The translations under genes and the position numbers were made by a program. The notes below the pieces were generated by a model. The model made no database searches. It had not been told where the DNA came from and was given only the letters and a program-made list of their open reading frames with translations. This document shows, one piece after another, positions 6,859 to 11,970 of a stretch of 11,970 nt of DNA; positions within the stretch are counted from its first letter, which is position 1, and each line of letters begins with the position of its first letter. This DNA comes from Myxococcota bacterium (GTDB lineage: Bacteria > Myxococcota > XYA12-FULL-58-9 > JALHOP01), in the NCBI GenBank assembly GCA_041288095.1, contig JBGGMJ010000018.1, positions 1 to 11,970 on the forward strand, in the 5' to 3' direction.

Positions 6859-7722
6859 TCAGCGATTGTCGCGGAGCACGGGAATGACCGCGCTCGGTCC
6901 GTCGGTGATGATGCCGTCGACGCCGCGCTCGGCGAGTTGGCGAGCCTCGCCGGGGTTTTGAATGGTCCAGGCCCAAACCGCGAGGCCCGGCCGGCGCGAG
7001 CGTAGCGCCGCGTCGACGACGTTCCCCGAGACACCCAGCACGGTGAGCGGCAGCTCGAGCATGGGCTGCAAGGCGTGCTCGTCACCGACGAAGCCCAGGA
7101 GCGGAATCGACGGGTCGCGCGCGTGCACCCGCTGCAAGAGATCGCGCTCGAAGCTGCCGACGACGACGCGACCCTGGAGGCTCGCGGCTTGGATGGCGCG
7201 CACGGTGGCGTCCGCTAAAGCGTCTGGGCGCGATGACCGCTTCATCTCGACGACGAAGCGCGCGCCCGGGATGGCCAACGCCTCTTCCAACGTCGGTAGG
7301 CGCTCGCCGCTGCCCGCGTCGAGACGGCGCAGATCCGCGAAGCTCAAGTCCTCGAGGCGTCCGTGCCCATCGGTCGTGCGGTCGACGGTGTCGTCGTGGA
7401 TCACCATGACGCGACCATCGCGCGACAGCCCCACGTCGAGCTCCGACCAGTCAGCGCCGGCGCGCAGGGCATTGCGGAACGCCGCGAGCGTGTTTTCGGG
7501 GGCTTCCGAGGCGCCGCCGCGGTGGGCGATGACCAACGGGGCGCGGCCGCGCATGAAGCCGGTAGCGCCGGGCTCGGTGAGCGTCAGGCTGGGGTTCGGC
7601 GGCACTCCGCCTCGCGGAGCAACGGGCGCGGCGCCGTCGGTGGAGATCGGCACCACCGCCTGTTCACCGCCATCCTGCGCGGCGTCGCCGATTGGCTTTG
7701 GTTGTCCTGGTCCGACTCGCAT
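6859..7722 (-). CDS. Glycerophosphodiester phosphodiesterase (GDPD, UgpQ-like) with an N-terminal low-complexity extension
   Basis: Motifs IAHRGG, PENTLAAF, ELDV, VIHDDTVDRTT, PTLEE, VEMK, AWTI and GVDGIITD. AGGTG RBS precedes ATG 7722; an alternative ATG lies at 7554. Confidence 0.93.
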   Translation of the reverse strand: MRVGPGQPKPIGDAAQDGGEQAVVPISTDGAAPVAPRGGVPPNPSLTLTEPGATGFMRGRAPLVIAHRGGASEAPENTLAAFRNALRAGADWSELDVGLSRDGRVMVIHDDTVDRTTDGHGRLEDLSFADLRRLDAGSGERLPTLEEALAIPGARFVVEMKRSSRPDALADATVRAIQAASLQGRVVVGSFERDLLQRVHARDPSIPLLGFVGDEHALQPMLELPLTVLGVSGNVVDAALRSRRPGLAVWAWTIQNPGEARQLAERGVDGIITDGPSAVIPVLRDNR

Positions 7723-7729
7723 GCGTCAC

Positions 7730-9109
7730 CTAGTCGAGGAAGAGCTCCCATTCGATGCCGTCGCCGCTCGGTACGAGCACACAGTGCTGCACCTCTTCGT
7801 CGGGTGGGCCGAGCTGGCTCGATGAGACGACCAGCGCGCCGCTCGCGGTGCCGTTACTGTTGAAGGTGAGGATGCCGGGCGTTGCGTTGGCGAAGATGTG
7901 CGCGAAGCCATCGACGTCATGGAAGCTCATCGCGGCGCTCTGGAAGTCGACATCGGCGGTGGTGACCAGATGGAACGCGCCGATCGTGCCCGATCGTTGC
8001 ATGGTGAGCGTGCGGTAGCCGTCGACGTCGGTCTTGTAGACGCCGTTATCGCCGCCGATGGACAGCTCGTCGCGTAGCGCCATGATGACCTGGTCTTCGT
8101 AGCTCGTGGGGCCCGTCGCGTCGCGCGTCACGACGACGTCGACGCTGCCGTTGACGATACCTGGACCGCTGTCGAGGCCGCTAAAGTGGACGGTCATGGT
8201 GCCTACACCAACCTCGTCGGGAAAATCGTAGGTGATGAGGATGGAGTTGCGCGCCAGCGTGTGGCGACCGAGTGGGATCGGCGCGCTGGCGCTCACCGCG
8301 GCGCCGTCGAGCGTCCCCGGCTCTTCCCAAAAGGCCTCGAGTGGGCGCGTTGGGCCGCCTGTCGAGAGCCCAACGAGCGCGAGCAAGAGATTGCCGAAGA
8401 GCTGGCCGACGTTGCTGTCGCTCTCGATGGCGCCGCTGTTCTCGTTGAAATCATAGGAGACGTCGCCGACGTTCAGGCACATGGCATCGCTCACGGCTTC
8501 GCCACCGGCGTTGCTCGCGGTGACGGTGTAGCAATTGCCGTCGTCGCTCGCGGTGAGATCCGTGATCAAGAAGAACGGCTCGGCACCCTCGTTGAGCACG
8601 GCGTCGTTGCCGACGCTACGCCAGGCGTAGGTGAGATCATCGCCGCCCGCGACCACGAACAACAGCGCCGAACCGTGGACGGTCGCGTCGACGCTGGTGG
8701 TCACGCGGACGATCGCCGGCGTATCGGGAAGTGCCTCGTCGGTGCAGGTCACCGTGACGTTGCCGACGTCGGCGCCGCTCACAGAGCCGCTGCCGTGCGC
8801 GACGACGCAATCCTGGTCGGCGGGCTCGGTCGCTATCGTCACCGCGTAAGTCGCGCCGTTAGCAAGCTCGGTGGTGAACGTGAAGGCGGTATTCGCGGTC
8901 AACGAGAGGTCGTTGCCGCCGTTGTTGCGGAGCACCAACGTGCCGGAGAGGCCGGCGACCGTGCCGCCGATGCTGTAGGTAACCGGGTCGTCGTCGCCAT
9001 CATCGTCATCGTCGTCGTTCATGCCCTCGGCGCCGCATGCCGAGATGAGCCCGCCAAGAACGACAGCGAGGAGCCAAATCGCCGCGCGGAGGCGAAGGAG
9101 CGTCACCAT
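7730..9109 (-). CDS. Putative lipoprotein with Ig-like/beta-sandwich domains
   Basis: From ATG 9109 the signal MVTLLRLRAAIWLLAVVLGGLISA-C ends in a lipobox-like ISAC. Then come a poly-Asp linker, a YSIGGTVAGLSGTLVLRNNG...CVV...NVTVTC beta-sandwich module, an Ig-like module (LTYAW...DDGNCYTVTASN) and an unknown beta-rich C-terminal region. The track start is 9145. Confidence 0.8.
   Translation of the reverse strand: MVTLLRLRAAIWLLAVVLGGLISACGAEGMNDDDDDDGDDDPVTYSIGGTVAGLSGTLVLRNNGGNDLSLTANTAFTFTTELANGATYAVTIATEPADQDCVVAHGSGSVSGADVGNVTVTCTDEALPDTPAIVRVTTSVDATVHGSALLFVVAGGDDLTYAWRSVGNDAVLNEGAEPFFLITDLTASDDGNCYTVTASNAGGEAVSDAMCLNVGDVSYDFNENSGAIESDSNVGQLFGNLLLALVGLSTGGPTRPLEAFWEEPGTLDGAAVSASAPIPLGRHTLARNSILITYDFPDEVGVGTMTVHFSGLDSGPGIVNGSVDVVVTRDATGPTSYEDQVIMALRDELSIGGDNGVYKTDVDGYRTLTMQRSGTIGAFHLVTTADVDFQSAAMSFHDVDGFAHIFANATPGILTFNSNGTASGALVVSSSQLGPPDEEVQHCVLVPSGDGIEWELFLD
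8987..9016 (-). repeat. GAY trinucleotide run encoding the poly-Asp linker DDDDDDGDDD
   Basis: Mixed GAC/GAT codons just after the lipobox Cys. Confidence 0.7.
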
Positions 9110-9235
9110 GCCTGCCCAGATAATACGTGGGGCGCGTGCCGGCAACGGCGACCCAATACCAAGGTCTCATGGCTAGTTACTCGGGAGGGGCGCATCTTCC
9201 ACCACGTCGAAGTACGAACAATGGAGATAGGTGTC

Positions 9236-9901
9236 ATGAAGACCTCTGAAACCAACACCAAAGCAGTCGATCTCAAGCTCGAAGTCGTGGTCTTGCCGGT
9301 CGCGGACGTCGAACGCAGCAAGCGCTTCTACGGTCGCTTGGGCTGGCGCCTCGACGCCGACTTCGCCAAGGGCGATGACTGGCATGTCGTGCAGATGACG
9401 CCTCCCGGCTCGGCGACCTCGGTGATGTTCGGTAAAGGGCTGACGCAAGCCGCTGCCGGTTCGGTGCAAGGCACCTTCCTCGTCGTCGATGACATCCAAG
9501 CGGCGCGTGCTTCGCTCCTCGCCGCCGACGTCAACGCCGGCGAGGTCTTCCATTTCACGGGAGGGCTCAGCATTTACAACAAGGATGCGCGTACCGCCGG
9601 ACCGCATCCGGAGTCGAAGCCTTACAGCAGCTACTTCAGCTTCACCGACCCGGACGGCAACAGCTTCCTGGTCCAAGAGGTGAAGGCGCGCTTGCCGGGC
9701 CGCGGCTTCAGCAGCCTGGACGTCGCGACGCTGACGGAGCTCCTGCGCGAGGTCGAGCAGGCGCACGGCGCCTACGAGAAGACCGCCGCGAAGCACCACT
9801 GGTCGGACTGGTACGCGCCGTACATCGTCGCCCGCCAACGCGGAAAGACCACCGAAGAGGCGGCACGTGACGCGACGCTCGCCATGAATTCGCGGCAGTA
9901 G
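9236..9901 (+). CDS. VOC/glyoxalase-bleomycin resistance family protein with an extra C-terminal helical domain
   Basis: LKLEVVVLPVADVERSKRFY...LGWRLDAD...QMTPPGS...LVVDDI...FTDPDGNSFLVQE. RBS GGAGATAGGTG precedes ATG 9236. The upstream part of track ORF 8186..9901 is an antisense shadow of the lipoprotein gene. Confidence 0.92.
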   Translation: MKTSETNTKAVDLKLEVVVLPVADVERSKRFYGRLGWRLDADFAKGDDWHVVQMTPPGSATSVMFGKGLTQAAAGSVQGTFLVVDDIQAARASLLAADVNAGEVFHFTGGLSIYNKDARTAGPHPESKPYSSYFSFTDPDGNSFLVQEVKARLPGRGFSSLDVATLTELLREVEQAHGAYEKTAAKHHWSDWYAPYIVARQRGKTTEEAARDATLAMNSRQ

Positions 9902-9958
9902 CCGATCGCCTCGCGCGTCGGCTTGCGCCTCGGGCTCGCGGCATGAGAGCGAAACCTC

Positions 9959-10594
9959 ATGCCCCGCGCCGAGGCCGCCGACGTTTTGCCTACCGTGATC
10001 GTCATCGACGATGACCCCCCGGTTCGCTCGTCGCTCGAGCGCATGCTCGAAGGCGCGGGTTTGCGATCGCTGACATTTTGCTCGGCGGAAGCCTTCGAGC
10101 CGACATCGCACGCGGGACCATGTTGCCTGGTGCTCGACGTGAAGCTCCCCACCGCTGGCGGCATCGAGGTGCTGCGCGCGCTCGCCCGGCGCACCGAGCT
10201 GCCCATCATCTTCGTCACCGATCGCTGCGATGTACCGCTGACGGTGCAAGCCATGAAGGCAGGCGCTGTCGAGGTCCTCACCAAACCCTTCGAAGACGCC
10301 ACGATGTTGCGCGCTATCGCGGATGCCATGGAGCGCAGCACTCTCATGCTCCGCCTCGACGGCGACCTGCGCGCCCTCCGCGACAAATACGAAGCGTTGA
10401 CGCGCCGCGAGCGCGAAGTCATGGCCCTCGTGGTCGCCGGCATGCTCAACAAACAGGTCGGCGCCGAGCTCGGCATCAGCGAGATCACCGTGAAAGCTCA
10501 CCGTGGTCAGGTCATGCGCAAGATGAAGGCGGCGTCGTTACCCGATCTCGTGAACATGGCGGCGCGGCTCGGCGCGCACAAAACCGCGAGCTGA
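9959..10594 (+). CDS. FixJ/NodW-family response regulator (REC + LuxR HTH)
   Basis: VIDDD acidic pocket, phosphoacceptor LVLDVKLP, AMKAGAVEVLTKPF and the HTH region LTRREREVMALVVAGMLNKQVGAELGISEITVKAHRGQVMRKM. Confidence 0.95.
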   Translation: MPRAEAADVLPTVIVIDDDPPVRSSLERMLEGAGLRSLTFCSAEAFEPTSHAGPCCLVLDVKLPTAGGIEVLRALARRTELPIIFVTDRCDVPLTVQAMKAGAVEVLTKPFEDATMLRAIADAMERSTLMLRLDGDLRALRDKYEALTRREREVMALVVAGMLNKQVGAELGISEITVKAHRGQVMRKMKAASLPDLVNMAARLGAHKTAS

Positions 10595-10623
10595 GCACGG
10601 CCGTCATCCCCGGACCTGAGCGA

Positions 10624-11970
10624 CTACAAGCCTTCGACCGGCTCGCAGCGGACGTCGACGGTCAGGGTCTCGGTGCCTCCGCCGACGAAGATCGTGCCCG
10701 ACGTTGGTGTGGCGTCGACATAGTTGCGGCCCACGGCGACGCGAACGTGATCAGTTTGCGTGATGATGCCGTTGGTCGGGTCGAACCCCTTCCAACCGAC
10801 CTCCGGCAGATAGACCTGCGCCCAGGCGTGCGATGCCTCGCCCTGTCGCTGATTCGGATTTTTTGGACCGGTGTGGATGTAGCCGCAGACGTAGCGCGCC
10901 GGGACGCCGAGCAGGCGCGCGAGGCAAATGAACAGGTTCGTGAAGTCCTGACACACGCCATGCCGGTCCGTGTAGACCTGAAAGGCGGTCGTGTGCAGCG
11001 TGGTCGCGCCCTGGCGGTATTCGTACTCTTTGAAGATCGAAGCGTTGAGGTCGAGCAGCGTATCGAGCAAATCGGAGTCGTTACGCTCGACGAAGCTCAA
11101 GGCGTATTCCGTGAGCTCTTGCAGCTCGCTCTCGGGGAGCTCGGGGGGCAAGAGAAACGGCGCCAAGATCTGGCGGTGCCAGGGCATCCACACCAACGGA
11201 ATCGTCGAGCGCGCCCGCAGTGGACGGAAATCGAGTGGATCGGTGTCGAGCAGGCGCACCGTCGACTCGGCCTCGATGATGAGCTCGTTGAACGGCGTTT
11301 CGAGCAGGACGCGCCGCACGCGGTTACCGTGGACGTCTTCGTAGGAGCGCATTTGGCCGTCGACCGACAACGTCACACGGTGCGACAGCACGTGCTGCAG
11401 CGGATCGTGGACCGGCGTCAGGCGTAACAGGTGCATGCTGCGCTCGACGGCCGTCACGTACTTGTACGTGGTGCGGTGACGCACGTTGAGCGTTTTAGCG
11501 GGCACCTTGCTCGGGCGTAGGTTGGCCTTGCGAATGCCCGCTGGTCGGTCGCTGACCCCAGGGGCGAGCTTGGTCAAGATGGCCCCTTGGCGGACGATCA
11601 TGAGCGTGCCCGGCTCGACCTTGGCCCAGGCGGCGGTGCTGCCCGGCATCGGCTCCAGGGGATTCGAGGCGATGACCACACCTTTGCGCGCCTTGACGCC
11701 GCGGCGCGCGAAGTCGACCGCCAAGTCGACGTCACCAAAGGCGAGCTGCTCGTAAGGGGGGAAGACTTCCCACACGTGCGCGCCGGTGGTGCTGCTCTTG
11801 TCGACGTAGACCACGACGTCGCTGCCATCCGAGAGCACGACGGTGAGCTCGCCCTTGTCGTTCATCCGGGTGAGCCAATCGCGCAGCTCCACGGGATCGA
11901 CTTCGGCGAGGCTCCGCCAGTTGCGCTCGGCGAGGAAGCCCAAGAGCGCGCAGAAGATCGCTTCGGTGTC
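10624..11970 (-). CDS. Class II glutamine amidotransferase-like domain fused to a bacterial transglutaminase (N-domain + catalytic core); 5'-partial
   Basis: The frame is open to the window edge (DTEAIFCALLGFL...). Ntn/GATase-II-like motifs are DTE, VVLSDG, VIASNPL and W..VEPG. These are followed by the transglutaminase N-domain VRHRTTYKY...LRLTP...DVHGN and the triad GVCQDF / SHAW / FDPTN, then RVAVGRNYVDATP. Confidence 0.88.
   Translation of the reverse strand, partial: DTEAIFCALLGFLAERNWRSLAEVDPVELRDWLTRMNDKGELTVVLSDGSDVVVYVDKSSTTGAHVWEVFPPYEQLAFGDVDLAVDFARRGVKARKGVVIASNPLEPMPGSTAAWAKVEPGTLMIVRQGAILTKLAPGVSDRPAGIRKANLRPSKVPAKTLNVRHRTTYKYVTAVERSMHLLRLTPVHDPLQHVLSHRVTLSVDGQMRSYEDVHGNRVRRVLLETPFNELIIEAESTVRLLDTDPLDFRPLRARSTIPLVWMPWHRQILAPFLLPPELPESELQELTEYALSFVERNDSDLLDTLLDLNASIFKEYEYRQGATTLHTTAFQVYTDRHGVCQDFTNLFICLARLLGVPARYVCGYIHTGPKNPNQRQGEASHAWAQVYLPEVGWKGFDPTNGIITQTDHVRVAVGRNYVDATPTSGTIFVGGGTETLTVDVRCEPVEGL

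Noticed and set aside
8987..9016. Trinucleotide run as a phase-variation tract
   Set aside because: Mixed synonymous GAC/GAT codons in frame point to selection for poly-Asp rather than a slippage switch.
8186..9235. Apparent 350-aa N-terminal extension of the VOC protein (571-aa ORF)
   Set aside because: It is an antisense shadow of the lipoprotein gene. A good RBS and the family N-terminus are at 9236.
9173..11427. 442-aa (-) and 449-aa (+) ORFs spanning several genes
   Set aside because: They overlap well-supported genes in other frames or strands and are typical GC-rich artefacts.
1..11970. CRISPR arrays, tRNA/rRNA, IS elements, integrases, long tandem repeats
   Set aside because: None was seen by eye. 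Intergenic gaps are all under about 140 nt and lack repeat-spacer periodicity. A covariance-model search was not possible.

Overview
GC-rich bacterial chromosomal window. The gene style suggests Myxococcota/deltaproteobacteria, but this is inference only. On the + strand it carries clpS-clpA, then three hypothetical ORFs and a signal-peptide-bearing, Cys-rich EEP (DNase I-like) hydrolase. A convergent minus-strand run follows: lipoprotein with Ig-like domains, glycerophosphodiester phosphodiesterase, endonuclease III (nth) and a small membrane protein. Divergent from that run are a VOC/glyoxalase gene and a FixJ/NodW-type response regulator with no kinase in view. The right edge holds the 3' part of a class II glutamine amidotransferase-like/transglutaminase fusion, and the left edge holds the 5' end of a divergent membrane protein gene. 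No RNA genes, CRISPR arrays or mobile elements were seen. The best leads are the GATase-transglutaminase fusion, the unannotated block downstream of clpA (perfect sigma-28-like -10 box, operator-like palindrome, effector-like protein plus small partner, secreted nuclease-like enzyme) and CIRCE-like half-sites at the clpS promoter. None of these is proven to be a novel system.
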